This document shows positions 12,465 through 25,467 of a stretch of DNA of 64,000 bases, piece by piece. The notes below the pieces were generated by a model. The model ran no database searches and was not told the DNA's origin. It saw nothing but the letters and a program-made list of their open reading frames with translations. Source of the stretch: Octopus sinensis (lineage: Eukaryota). The stretch spans positions 35,464,001 to 35,528,000 of the forward strand of contig NC_043005.1 in NCBI RefSeq assembly GCF_006345805.1, in the 5' to 3' direction. The first letter of the stretch is position 1; every line of letters begins with the position of its first letter. Position numbers and translations under genes: made by a program.

Positions 12465-12924
12465 TTGTATATGTATAGATGTATATGTACATATGTATAT
12501 ATATAAATTTATGTATATATATATATACATATGTGTGTGTATATATATGTATACATATAGATGTATATGTATAGTTGTATATGTATAGTTGTATATATGT
12601 ATGTATATATATACATTTATGTATCTATATATATGCGTATATATAGATGTATATCTATATATATGTTATATACATATACATATATATATATATATATGCA
12701 TATATACATATACATATATATATATATATATATGCATAACATATATTATATAATATATATATATATATTATATATATATATATCTATATATATATATATA
12801 TATACATATATATTAATATATATACATATTATATATATATGTATATATACATATACATATATATATATATATATATGCATATATACATATACATATATAT
12901 ATATATATATATGATATACATTAT

Positions 12925-12983
<59 letters not shown>

Positions 12984-12985
12984 CA

Positions 12986-13021
<36 letters not shown>

Positions 13022-13108
13022 CTATATATACTATGCATGTATGTATATATATCATATATATATATATATAATATATATATTATATATATATAATATATAT
13101 ATATATAT
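12465..13108. repeat. Long (TA)n-rich microsatellite
   Basis: About 640 bp of interrupted TA repeats. Confidence 0.95.
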
Positions 13109-13870
13109 AGGGAGAATTCACAAAAAACAAAAGACTAAGACAGGTGCTGTAGACAACAAACAGACGTATTAGTTTAACGCTTGGGAAGTGAAAAAGTCTT
13201 TAACGTTTCGAGCCTATGCTCTTCTACAGAAAGGAACACAGAAAGAAACAGGGAGTGAAAGTAAAGAATGTGTAGTATCTGGCGATATACCATAGGGGAG
13301 CTAGGAAGAAGGGGAGATAATAAAGTAGTGGTGATCACAAAACGAAGGTGCGCGTGCGTGTGTATGTGAAAGTATGTATGTGCGAATGGAAGAGAGCTGG
13401 TGACCTTGACGTGTGCGTGTGTGCATGTGTAGGTGTGTGGATATTGTGTGGGTGCTGGAAAGTGGTCAGTGCTAGTGTGTGCGTGGTGGTGTGATATGAT
13501 ATGGTGTTGCGCAGTATGGTGTTGTTGAGCTGTTGAGGAGGCGAGAGTGGGGAAAGCATGAGTGGGGTGTGGGTTAGGCTGAGGTTGGGGTAGAGGTGGA
13601 GTATGAGGTAGTGGGTGTAAGGGATGGGGTTGGGGGTGGGATGGGATGGATAGGGAAGGTAGGGTTGGATTGTGTAGGGGTGGAGTTTCGAGGGAGGGCT
13701 GACGATGAAGGGAGAGTGGAAAAGGAGAAGGTGTGTTGGAGTGAAGAGAAGAGAGGAGGGTGGGAGTGAAGAGAAGAACAGGAGTCAGAGCAAGAGAGGA
13801 GAGCTTGGTGGGTGGAATTAAGTAGGTGTGAGAAGAAAAGAGGAGAGGGGAGGAGAGTTGGGACAAACTG
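13108..13870 (-). mobile_element. PLE-derived tail plus strand-biased low-complexity segment
   Basis: 13108-13210 matches 30662-30768 (inverted) and 32365-32440; hammerhead-like motif at 13198-13233. Confidence 0.6.
13198..13233 (-). ncRNA. Hammerhead-like motif with A6U core change
   Basis: CUUU-CUGUAGA-A-GAGC auag GCUC-GAAA-CG-UU-AAAG. Confidence 0.55.
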
Positions 13871-13874
13871 GCGC

Positions 13875-14114
13875 ATCTGTAATATATGTCACAATTATTC
13901 AATTGCCATGTTAAAACTCCGAGTTTCGGATGTCTGGGCATAAACTTCCTCCAGCATCTCTTCAGTTATCGAGGCAATCAAATTATGCATATTTATATGC
14001 ATATTTTGATTGCCTCGATAACTGAAGAGATACTGGAGCAGTTTCCGTCCCGACATCCTAAACTCAGAGTTTTATCATGGCAACCGAATAATTGGCACGT
14101 ATTGTATTACAGAT
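13875..14114. repeat. 240-bp palindrome with a hammerhead-like motif in each arm
   Basis: Arms about 118 bp; GAUAA-CUGAAGA-GAU..AUC-C(G/U)AAA-CUC.GAG-UU-UUA(U/A)C at 13910-13970 (-) and 14017-14076 (+). Confidence 0.8.
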
Positions 14115-14340
14115 AAATTCCTCTATTTACATAATATCGAGGTCTATTTCATTCTTTTGTTGTTTTACCATTACTATTTATTTTATATATATATATATAT
14201 GTGTGTGTGTGAAGTGTATTTGCCACTTAAATGTGGCTAACCACTAAGGGTAGATGCTACTGTAGCTTGTAGCCCCAGAAGAGCATCTTCTTCAGCTGGC
14301 TATGACACACTTTCTGTGCTCGGTCAGAGATTTATTATGG

Positions 14341-14381
<41 letters not shown>

Positions 14382-14837
14382 CTATATATATATATATATA
14401 TTATATATATATGTAGTATATATTATATGTGTGTGTGTGCCGTATATCTGTCTGGTGTGTGTGTGTTGTATGCGTGTGTGTGTATATAATATATATATAA
14501 GTTTTTTATTTTTATTTTTAAAATAAAAACCTTTGACTCTACAACACTGTGTATAAATTCTCTACTTGGAATGACCAAGTTTAAAAACTGCTGGATCTCA
14601 CTCATAAGGGAATCTTACATTGTATATAAACTCTATATTTGGAAGGACTCATTTTAAACTCTGTTGGTCTTTTTGACTTTACTCATAGGATATTGGAATA
14701 TTGCATATATACCATTCTGTCTAAAAAATGGGATCTACAATATCCCTACATATCTTGCCTCTATTTTCTTTCCCCCACTTCACTTTCTATTTTGTATCAC
14801 ATCTAAACTAACTATGACTTAACCATCCTCTCACACC

Positions 14838-14889
14838 GTCTCCTATAAAGGGATATAATTAATAAATATTCTGGAAACAGCTGTAAGAC
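14838..14889 (+). pseudogene. Decayed hammerhead motif in a PLE-type tail
   Basis: GUCU...GAAA-C AGCU G-UA-AGAC intact but CUGAnGA mutated to CCUAUAA; related to 32002-32057. Confidence 0.5.
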
Positions 14890-15164
14890 CTTCTATCTAT
14901 AAATGTTCTATCTACTCAGCCTTGTTTATTTTTATCTCATTACGCAAAAAATTGTTATATACACACGGTGACAAAGAATGAACGTTGAACTCCTTATTCG
15001 CAAAATTACCGAACCTGGATCTTAACTATGGTTTGTCGATAGCACTTATTCAGCATTACCTGACATCTTTGGATCTCAATAACACCATTATCTCTCTCTT
15101 ATATATATATATATACATAGAAAGAGAGAGAGAGAGAAAGAAAGAGAGAGAGGAGAGGTATAGT

Positions 15165-16035
<871 letters not shown>

Positions 16036-16129
16036 AACAGAATTAATATTTAGCTTTAAAATACATCGTACATAACCAAAAAAAAAAAAAACGCACTTGG
16101 CTTATTGGTACGGATCGTTCTTCTGGTAT

Positions 16130-16390
16130 TCTTTTATTCTTTTTACTTGTTGCAGTCGTTTGACTGTAGCCATGCTGGAGCACCGACATTTAGAGAAAGA
16201 AATCGACCCCTGAACGTCGGTTGTCAAGCAATGGTGATGGGGGTGGAGGTGGCAAACATAAACACACACACATAAATACACATGCACTTATAAACACACA
16301 CACATATATGACTGGCTTCTTTCAGTTTCCGTCTACCAAATCTACTCACCAGGCTTTGGTCGGCCCGACATTATAGTAAAAGACATTCTT
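16130..16390 (-). mobile_element. SINE family A, partial
   Basis: gactgtagccatgctggagcacc and ttcagtttccgtctaccaaa blocks. Confidence 0.8.
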
Positions 16391-16878
16391 TAAAGTATGA
16401 AGTTGAATTTCGTGTAGCTACCTTTTGGCAACTTTTCTCCCCCATTTTTCTGTGCTTTTTTCACAGCTATACCCCGTTGAAATTTGCATTAGTTTATGTA
16501 TCAAAAGAAAAAAACAACGGGAGGAGGGTTTGTTTGTAGTTTGTAGAGAAAATGTCAAACGTGCCCGAAAACCCCCCCAAAATATGGTCTTTTCTGCCAA
16601 CTTAAAGACAGAAAGAACTACCAAACAAGACGGATAAGTACCGGGGGTGGGGGAAAGAAGAGAGAACTAACATTCGATCCTTCTAGAATTTCAGAATGAA
16701 AACTTAAACACCTGAAAGACCTCTATTAATTACTAAATCTCTTTCCCTCTTCTTCATTGCTAAAAGTAAAGAAGCTAGAAAAGATCGATAGTATTTCAGT
16801 GTAACTATCATTTTAAACGACTGAGGCTTTCCTTTCTCTGTCTCTATCGCTTCCTTCCTTTTCTCTACGATTAAGAGA

Positions 16879-17142
16879 GTGAAGGAGCGTGGCTCAGTGG
16901 TTAGGAGTATTTGGCCCACGATCGTAAAGTCATGAGTACGAATCGTGGCGGCGCGCTGTGTTCTTGAGCAAGGTGCTGTTCTTCACCTTGCTGCAGTCCA
17001 CTCAGCAGGCAAAAATGAGTTGTAGCTGTAATTCAAAGGGGCCAGCCTTGTCACATTCTGTGTGAGTCTGAATCTCTCTGAGAACTACGTTATGGTATGC
17101 ATGTCTGTGGAGTACTCAGCCACTTGCGCGTTAATTTTACGT
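16879..17142 (+). mobile_element. SINE family C (tRNA head, CORE-like body)
   Basis: gtgaaggagcgtggctcagtggttag head; tail shared with 45350-45450. Confidence 0.8.
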
Positions 17143-17657
17143 GGTAATGAAAAGTGAAAGTGACATCCAATATTTGCTGTATCTATCGTCATCATCAGAG
17201 ATACGAAACATCCTCCAACGAAGAAATGGCAAACTAATCCATTCCCATTGTAGAAATATAGAATCATTGTTTATATCAATGAAGCAATTTGGTTTCTCAT
17301 TCTTTTTAGTATTAGAAAAGAAAGCTGTCCAATCAAATTGATGGTACGTGGCTTCTTTAATAAGCATTGCGTAATTGTTATGGTGTTTTCTGGAAAAAAA
17401 TAATAAATAACTGTTTCCGGATTCCTTTCTTCTGATGTTTTTGTTTTACGAGACATCATCTTGTTGGTTCTTAATAATTCTGAAGGCGTGAGAGACAAAG
17501 AGGGAAAGGATGAAAGACATAGAGAGACAAAGAGAAAGTGAGAGAGAGTGAGCGAGAAAGAGAGAATGAGTGAGAGTGAGAGAGAGAGAGAGAAAGATAG
17601 AGGGGGAAGAGAGAAACCCAGCTTCAAACAACTCAAAATGGCACCTACTAAATTCAC

Positions 17658-17758
17658 CGCCTCTGTTTTGAGCAGCAGCAACAAATTTGAGACCAAGCAT
17701 CCATTGGTGTTGCAAGGATTCTCAGACTTCGGAGGTAAAGGAGATTTTGACATCCCAC
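17658..17758 (-). CDS. Candidate first coding exon of an unidentified gene (MDAWSQICCCCSKQR from ATG 17704, or MSKSPLPP... from ATG 17753)
   Basis: Branch-like CTAAT, poly-T tract, AAG acceptor and CG|GTGAAT donor in non-repetitive sequence; no homology recognised. Confidence 0.45.
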
Positions 17759-18029
17759 CTTAAAAAAAAAAAAACAGATCTGATTAGCCAGATAAATTTT
17801 TTGATACCCCTTAAAGCTGCACCTGAAAATGAATTCTCTCTTTTTCTTCCCTCGGTTTACATCACTAAAACTTTCACTCACAACAACGCAAATAAAGTAT
17901 GCTCACAAAAGGATAATGTCGAAATTACGTGCAACAGTCGCCGTGCAACAGTCACAGCAGAATAGAAGACAATAATAAAAGCAAACAAAAACGGCGCAGA
18001 TATATACCGACTGCACCAAGTGCACTCAC

Positions 18030-18430
18030 GTCTAGACAACAAAGTAAACGTCAGAACAATTGTACAAAACAATATATTATTTCTATTCTATTCTGAAGTC
18101 TGTTTTGTCTGGGTTTCCAGTCTCTCTCTGCAATATAGCATAACAAAACTAGTTACAAGACCTAATATAGAGCAGTTATCATCATGACAGAATTCAAACT
18201 GACTATTTAGACAATGAAATGTAAGTAACAGACTGGCCGCACGGCTGAGAGTTAGAATATGATGCCATACCAAAATCCACTGTAACACAATACCAGCACC
18301 TGTCATTACAGGCTCAATAACACTCAAATATTGTAATACCAGCACTCTTACAACAATATCACTGCACACACACACACACACCATACACACACACACACAC
18401 ACACACATACACACACGTACACACCGACTG
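18030..18430 (-). other. Candidate non-coding first exon (5' UTR)
   Basis: Ends at donor AC|GTGAGT (18029); Inr-like CCAGTC near 18429; would give a 271-nt intron to the exon at 17758. Confidence 0.4.
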
Positions 18431-18644
18431 GCAGCAGCGAGATCAATATCCATTCAAATCAGGCTTTACTGTACTAAAAAAGTGCTCATTTCTATTTTGT
18501 TTGTAACATACAAAAAAGACGGACTAGTCATTACCAGATCGTATTTGGCCATAGGTCAACACGACCAAAGTTGACTTGGAGTAATAGTTAGCACGGGTGT
18601 ACAGGCTACAAAATATGTGGCCTTTTTTATCTGTCTCTCTCTCT

Positions 18645-18762
<118 letters not shown>

Positions 18763-18799
18763 CCAAAGTGTACGTACGCCGCTATATGTTTTATATATA

Positions 18800-19625
18800 A
18801 AAAATACAAAATGGGACAATAACGTAAAACATATAGACAGTGTTAGGTGATATAAAAAAGGGGCGACAAAGCATCCAAGTAGACGATACAAAGAAAACAA
18901 GGACGGTTCATTCGGAGTTTTCTTTCCTCAGTTGAGTTCCAGATTATCTTTGCAATTTCGGCTGGTTATACTCGAGATTGCTCCAATCTGGCCAGCCCCA
19001 AAGAAAAACTAAGCTAAGAGCATTAGGTTCCTTGGAAGAAAGCAGCGAATGTACACTAAAACAAGGACGAATATAAAAAAAAGTTTGTTACACAAATACA
19101 AATAACAGGACATAACAACAGGTGTCTTTCGACTAAGGACGAATTAAATTAAGCTGGCGTGTGTGGAAGTAAAGCCTTACGGCAGAGATACAAGATTTCG
19201 CAAGTACAGGGAGGAATATAGATGTTGCACGGACGGCGGCCAAACAAAGAAAGAAAGGTCAGGCTTGGCCGAACACCGGTCACGTGGGGAGAGAAGAGAG
19301 AGAGAGCGAGGTAGAGGCAGAGGGACAGAAGAAATAAGGAGGGGTGAGAAAAAATGACAGGGACACAGTGAAGTGAAGACAAGAAAAAATTTGAGAGAAG
19401 AGGAACGAAAGAGGGAAGAGTGGAATGAACGAAGTAAGCGTGAAAGAGCTGATAGAAAGAAGGAAAGAATAAAAGAATAGAAAGAATAGAGTCGTACAAG
19501 ATTTAGATAAATTTATACTTACATATAAGAGACCATATAAGAGGCTGCTATGTTTTATATGTTTTGTTGTCCCTTTCTTGTATCACCTAACTGTTGGATA
19601 ATTTGCGTTCTTGTCCCATTATATT
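18800..19625. mobile_element. Element with about 70-bp diverged terminal inverted repeats, probably PLE-derived
   Basis: aatgggacaataacg...gttaggtgatataaaaaaggggcgacaaa is inverted at 19557-19625. Confidence 0.55.
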
Positions 19626-19719
19626 ATAATATATATATATATATATATATAATATATAATATATATATATATATAATATATATATATATATATCTGTGTA
19701 TATATATATGTATATGAAG

Positions 19720-19893
19720 GTGAGAGAGAAAGACTGAAAAAGAAGGCAAAGCAAGGCTCGGCAACTCTAGACAAGACTGTCACCCCCGCTCTGCCATGCG
19801 ACCAATGCCCAAGCTTGTTCTATTCCCGACTTGGCCTTCTGATTCATGTCAGGTTTAAGCATCATGGAGGTACAGGAGTGGTGCTGCCGCCGA

Positions 19894-19897
<4 letters not shown>
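19720..19897 (+). mobile_element. RTE LINE extreme 3' end
   Basis: LPCDQCPSLFYSRLGLLIHVRFKH, the terminal C2H2-like motif of RTE/BovB ORFs. Confidence 0.65.
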
Positions 19898-19943
<46 letters not shown>

Positions 19944-20089
19944 TTTATTATTTTACCCTTACTTGTTTCAGACATTTGACTGCGGCCGAGTTTTAGTCGA
20001 GTAAATCGATCCCAGGACTTATTTTTAAAGCCTAGTACTTATACTATCGGTCTTTCTGCTTGACCGCTGAATTGCGGGAACATAAAGGT

Positions 20090-20580
20090 AAACAGGATTG
20101 CTCCGAACCCAAATGCGCCAGAAGGAAATTCACCAGCAGAATTAATGTTTGCCAGAGAGATGAAGTCAGTATTTGATAAACTGCTACCAGTGAAGAAAAA
20201 TATAGGTGCTAGTATAGACATGCCCAAATGCTTCAGAATCGGTGATAAGATATATGTAAGAATGTACAAAAATGGCAAGCAATACTGGGAAGAAGGAGAA
20301 ATTGTAACATACACAGGAAGAATGATGTATGGTGTAAGAAGCAGAAATGGAATGGAATGGAGACATAGAAATCAGCTTACGAAAAGAATCAGAGAAAAGG
20401 AACCAACAAGAGTAGAAATACTGATGGATTTGCTACCTGACACTTTTCAGGTTCCAGCACCGTTACAAGAGGTCGAAACCACACGTGCAAGGAACAGGAA
20501 GAACACTGAATTCCTAAAAGTAGACCTTAAGAAGAAAAGATATTGAGTATATATATATATATAAAGAAAGGAGGAGGTGG
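20090..20580 (+). mobile_element. Gypsy/Ty3 integrase C-terminal fragment with polypurine tract
   Basis: SPAELMFAREMKSVFDKLLP...FRIGDKIYVRMY...WRHRNQL; aaagaaaggaggagg|TG after the stop. Confidence 0.85.
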
Positions 20581-20626
20581 GGTGAATAAAAGAAATTGAT
20601 TGTTAAAGATCGTGTGCTGAAACGAA

Positions 20627-20823
20627 AACAATTGCAGCGTGGAAGGTGTTTGTAAGCCATTTAAGAAACACACAAAAGCCGTTCGAATCACTTCAACATT
20701 TAAGTTTTATTTGTCAAAATATTTTCGTCGCTTTAAGACCGCGACCTGTTCACTGACAAAAATCCGTGCTGCATCTGTGTGTTTCTTAAATGGCTTACAA
20801 ACACCTTCCACGCTGCGATTGTT
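20627..20823. mobile_element. 197-bp cassette with 48-bp inverted arms enclosing a variant hammerhead
   Basis: Arms 20627-20674 and 20776-20823 (1 mismatch); motif at 20710-20760 (-). Confidence 0.85.
20710..20760 (-). ncRNA. Type I hammerhead variant (G3:C8 swap, extra G after A9)
   Basis: UUUGUCA-GUGAACA-G-GUCGC(9 nt)GCGAC-GAAA-AUAU-UU-UGACAAA. Confidence 0.65.
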
Positions 20824-20849
20824 AAAGAAAATAATTAAAAAGTGAAACT

Positions 20850-21111
20850 ATGATCCTCCCGGTAAAAAGTGGTAGGAGCCAGCAACTACAGTATAACGGC
20901 AGTCATACAGCACACCAGCGGGAGATCCAGAGATAGTAGTAGAAGTAAGTGTTGCATCGTCGGAAAGCGCATTTAGAAGTGCTTGATGGTGTGAGGTTGC
21001 GAGATGTGGAGCGTCTTGTCAGGATGCTTCCGAGGTTTCTATCATTTTTGAAGTCAAGGAGAGATGGGATGGCAAAAAAAAATGGGGTAAAATTCGAAAG
21101 TTGCGGGCGGA

Positions 21112-21147
<36 letters not shown>

Positions 21148-21151
21148 CGAG

Positions 21152-21210
<59 letters not shown>

Positions 21211-21715
21211 GGACTGTATGTATGCGTAAAGAGGGTAGGAGAGTGGTGACGCGGTTGATAGCCTGGGCTTACCGGAGTGCAGAATCTACAACAGATCGAG
21301 GATGCTCTCGACTCAGGAAGAATTATCACATTCTTCCACACTGGGATTCCTAATCCAAATCAACACTGCAGACATCGAAAGGAAAAGAATTGGGAGAATA
21401 GAAGAGCTGATTTAGTGTGTTTGGGACGAAAGAAGAGTTGTAGGCATAGGAGTGGGGACCAGAAGGCTTGTAGTGGATGGAAGAGCACAGGCGGAGATTT
21501 TTTTAGAGTAAGGGAGTAATCGAGAGACAAACAGCGGTATTCAATACGGTTAAGGTAAATTCCAAGGCATGGAAAAAGGAGTCAACGAAAGAAATGAAGC
21601 TACTGAGCAGATGCGTGGGAAGGGTCGTGGAGCCGACGCAGTCGTCAGTATAGCGACGGTACAGGTCTGGGATGGGTTCGGTTAATTGAGTAAACATTAG
21701 CTCTTTACTGTGGCC
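20850..21715 (-). mobile_element. Penelope-like RT/thumb fragment, decayed
   Basis: PDLYRRYTDDCVG, SIHYKPS..HSY, FSQF, FKNDRNLGSIL motifs; interrupted by (TG)(AG) repeats. Confidence 0.85.
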
Positions 21716-21978
21716 TGTGGAAACTAGAGTGGACCTTAATTATGTTAAGTTCTTTGTAGGCCACATTTAAAGGCAAAATCTAGAGAAAAAAACAAGAATA
21801 AAATATTAAAAAATCAAAAAAACCTATGTCTGGAATGCTGGAAGCACTTTTCCAACGGCATTGTGAGTATGTGCATATATGTATATGTGTGTGTATGCGT
21901 GTGTCTATGAGGGAGTGCCGCACATGTATGTATGTGTTGTTGTCTGTGTGGGTGTAGAGTGTGCATGTTTGCTTTTAC

Positions 21979-22358
21979 GTGGCATTCCGTCGGTTACGAC
22001 GACGAGGGTTCCAGTTGATCCGATCAACGGAACAGCCTGCTCGTGAATTTAACATGTAAGTGGCTGAGCAATCCACAGATACGTGTACCCTTAACGTAGT
22101 TCTCGGGGAGATTCATCGTGACATAGTGAGACAAGGTTGGCCCTTCGAAATACAGGTACAACACAAACAGGAAGAAAGAGTGAGAGAAAGTTCTGGTGAA
22201 AGAGTGCAGGAGGGTTCGCCACCACCCTCTGCTGAAAACTTGTGGAGTTTTAGGTGTTTTCGCTCAATAAACATTCACAACGCCCGTTCTGGAAATCGAA
22301 ACCGCGATCCTAAGACCGCGCATCCGTTGCACTAACCACTGGGCCATTGCGCCTCCAC
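21979..22358 (-). mobile_element. SINE family C (tRNA-Arg-like head)
   Basis: Reverse complement of 45143-45518. Confidence 0.88.
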
Positions 22359-22908
22359 AGGTTTGCTTTTAAGGAGCTGATAACGGATGATACCAGGCCG
22401 TCAGGCAAGTGGGAAGAGAAAAGTGTCCAGAGAATAGCTTTTAGACATGCGATTGATCAACATGTCTCATCTTCAGGTATCATTGAATGAGAGAATGAGA
22501 GCGGGAGAAAGAAAGAGCGGGAGAAAGAAAGAGCGGGGTACTCAAGAAAATCTCTTCAATACAATAGACAAGCACAACCAAAACAACAACAAATCACAAC
22601 CTCTGTATCAATACAGCTCCCACGTCCTAGATTCCCAAGATGTCTTAGTAAAAACTATAGCAGGTGAATAACTTTTTTTTTTTTTAAAAAAAGGTGTTTT
22701 AAAAAGATTATTGCCTGACGGAAGTGGGTCAACACCGGGACGTCATAGAAAGGGAGGGGTAGTGGCTAACATTCGGGGATTGGATGGGATGGTGTGTTAG
22801 GGGAGAGGAGGGGAGCAGAGGGGTGTAAAGGAGATATCTTGTGAGAAACATCGACGTTACTGGGAAAGAAAAATAATTTCTAACCTGTTACATGCCTGCA
22901 TACATAGA

Positions 22909-22944
<36 letters not shown>

Positions 22945-23054
22945 TATATATATTATATATATATATATATATATACTTGTACAGGCAGGCTCCACCCATT
23001 CAGTACACATATTCGCACATACTCACTTAAACGCGCGCTAGTGCACACACCCAC

Positions 23055-23126
<72 letters not shown>

Positions 23127-23745
23127 TACATATACATATATATATATATATATACGTGAACACATACATATAGATATGTGTATATGTATAAACACATTCA
23201 TATAATATTCATATGTGCACAGGTGTGTATTATTGTACAGATCTGCTTGTCTGTAAACTGTGTGTGCGCATGCGTACAGTTATACGAGCTTACATTCCTA
23301 TGCGCATATGAGTGTGTGTGTGTGTGTGTGTGTGTGTTGCTGCGTGCGCGTGTGTGTCTGTGTGTCTGTTATTTGCGCGCGTGCGTGTATACGCATAGAA
23401 ACGTATATATGTATATATGCATATATACATGTATGTATATATATGACTGTGAGCACTCGTGAATGGGTTTTTATGTATGTATGTATGTATGTATGTATGT
23501 ATGTGTGAGTACGCGCGCGTGTGAGTGCGTATGTTTCACTCAGTTTGAACGTATATGTATATATTCATATGTAAGTGCTTGTATGTAATTAATGCATCTG
23601 TTATTTCGCATTTTTCTTCTTCTTCCACCGACCTATGTGTGGGTGTATATTTTTTCTACACCTGTGTTTTCCTGTACGAGTTTCCGAGCTTTATTCTCAA
23701 ATCTGATTCAGTTTGTTTGCGTTGATTAGACACACACACACACAC

Positions 23746-23786
<41 letters not shown>

Positions 23787-23787
23787 C

Positions 23788-23842
<55 letters not shown>

Positions 23843-24302
23843 CACACACACACAACACACACACACGTATACACCTACGTATGCACTTATTTATGTACGA
23901 ATGTTTCTGTGAACGTACGCATTGTGTGTGTGTGTGTGTGTGTCGATTCGTATGTGTGTTTGTGAATATGCACGTGCACACGTGCGGGAGGGCGCACTTT
24001 AGCGTCGGAAGGTAGGGTACGAAACCTTTGTAGATTACCTGCCTCATTCATTACTGCTTCATTGATAATTATTTGCCAACGTCTCCTGGGGTTACTTGCC
24101 TTATCTACTACCGCTGAACGTTGCTGGAAGTTTCTCTTCCTAACAAGGTAACCAGCCTCGTTCAGTGATATACAGGGGATAACCAAGTTCGTTGCTACCC
24201 TGGTTACCGTCCTCAATATTTAATGTACTAAAAGCTGTAGGATACTGGCGTGTTTAATAGTGCTTTTTGTTGTGGTTGTGCTCTACTGTAAAGAATCAGA
24301 TC

Positions 24303-24510
24303 TTTTACTTTTCAGTTGTTTCAGTCATTGGAACGGTGACCATACTGGGGCACAACCTTGAAAAGTTTTAGTCGAACAAATCAATAATGGTACTTATTTG
24401 TAAATCTGGTACTTATTTTGTCAGTTCCATTTGTCGAGCCGCTATGTTACACGGAACATAAACAAACACTAGCTGTCAAGTATGGGTAGGGGATAAACAC
24501 AAGCACAAAG
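24303..24510 (-). mobile_element. SINE family A 3' half, degenerate
   Basis: Homology to the family A tail. Confidence 0.7.
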
Positions 24511-24594
24511 ATCCTCTCTCTCTCTCTCTCTCACACATATATATGTCTGTGTATATGTGTCTGTTTGTTTGTCTGTGTGTATGTGTGTGTGTGT

Positions 24595-24850
24595 GTGTAG
24601 GGTCGTGGCTTAATGTTTAGCGTATTGGACTCATGATCTTAAGATTGTGGTTTCGATTCCTGAGTCGGGCGACGCGTTGTGTTCGTGAGCCAAACACTTC
24701 ATTTCACGTTGCTCCAATCCACTCAGCTGGCAAAAATGAATAATCCTGCGATGGCACCCGTCCCGACTATCGATGAATATATATGGGTCACGGAAACCGG
24801 GAAACCGGTCCTATGAGTCTATATGATTCAGAAAGTATCTTTATCCTTTT
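24595..24850 (+). mobile_element. SINE family C
   Basis: gtggcttaatgtttag A box, ggtttcgattcc B box, CORE-like cactcagctggcaaaaatga. Confidence 0.75.
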
Positions 24851-25079
24851 CGTTATGTAATTAGATATAGATTAATACCGATATTAGATTATGGGCGTGT
24901 TTCCTACCTTATAAATTAAAATTAATATTAAACCTTATAGTCGATCTTGATATAATCATAATTGTTAAGTTCTATGTTTCTAGTTTGATAATAGAGTTTA
25001 TTATAAGTAAAATTATTATATTATATATATTATTTATATCTTAAAAATATTGTTTGAATATTTCTGATTATATTTTAGA

Positions 25080-25461
25080 CTAGCAGTATCGCCCGGCGTT
25101 GCTCAGGTTTGTAAGGGAAATAACTATAAAGCATTTTTAGAGAGTTATAGCCAAAAAATAGCAAAAAAATGGAAAAAAAATGATGGTAAATTTTTTTTTT
25201 GAGAGTAATAAAAGGTTGAGTTGCGTCCCCTAGACAGTCTGTGTTTGTTTTTTTTTATCTCGACCCCATGTCGAATTTATCGATTTTTTTCAGAACTGGG
25301 GGAACTTTTCAAAATTTTCGCTGCGTTAGTTTTGAATTATGACATTGGCTATGTGTGTGTCAAGTTTCATCAGATCGGTTGAAAGCCGTGGTCAGGGTGA
25401 GGGTACGAGAAACAGACACACAGAACACGCACAGACAAACTGCCGTTTATATAGAGAGAGA
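25080..25461 (-). mobile_element. Complete non-autonomous Helitron
   Basis: 5' A|TC start, 3' hairpin cctgagcaacgccggg then CTAG|T; no TSD. Confidence 0.85.
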
Positions 25462-25467
25462 TATTTC

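Noticed and set aside
13174-13941. 255-aa Pro/His/Ser-rich ORF
   Set aside because: Open only because of strand-biased low complexity; spans unrelated repeat pieces
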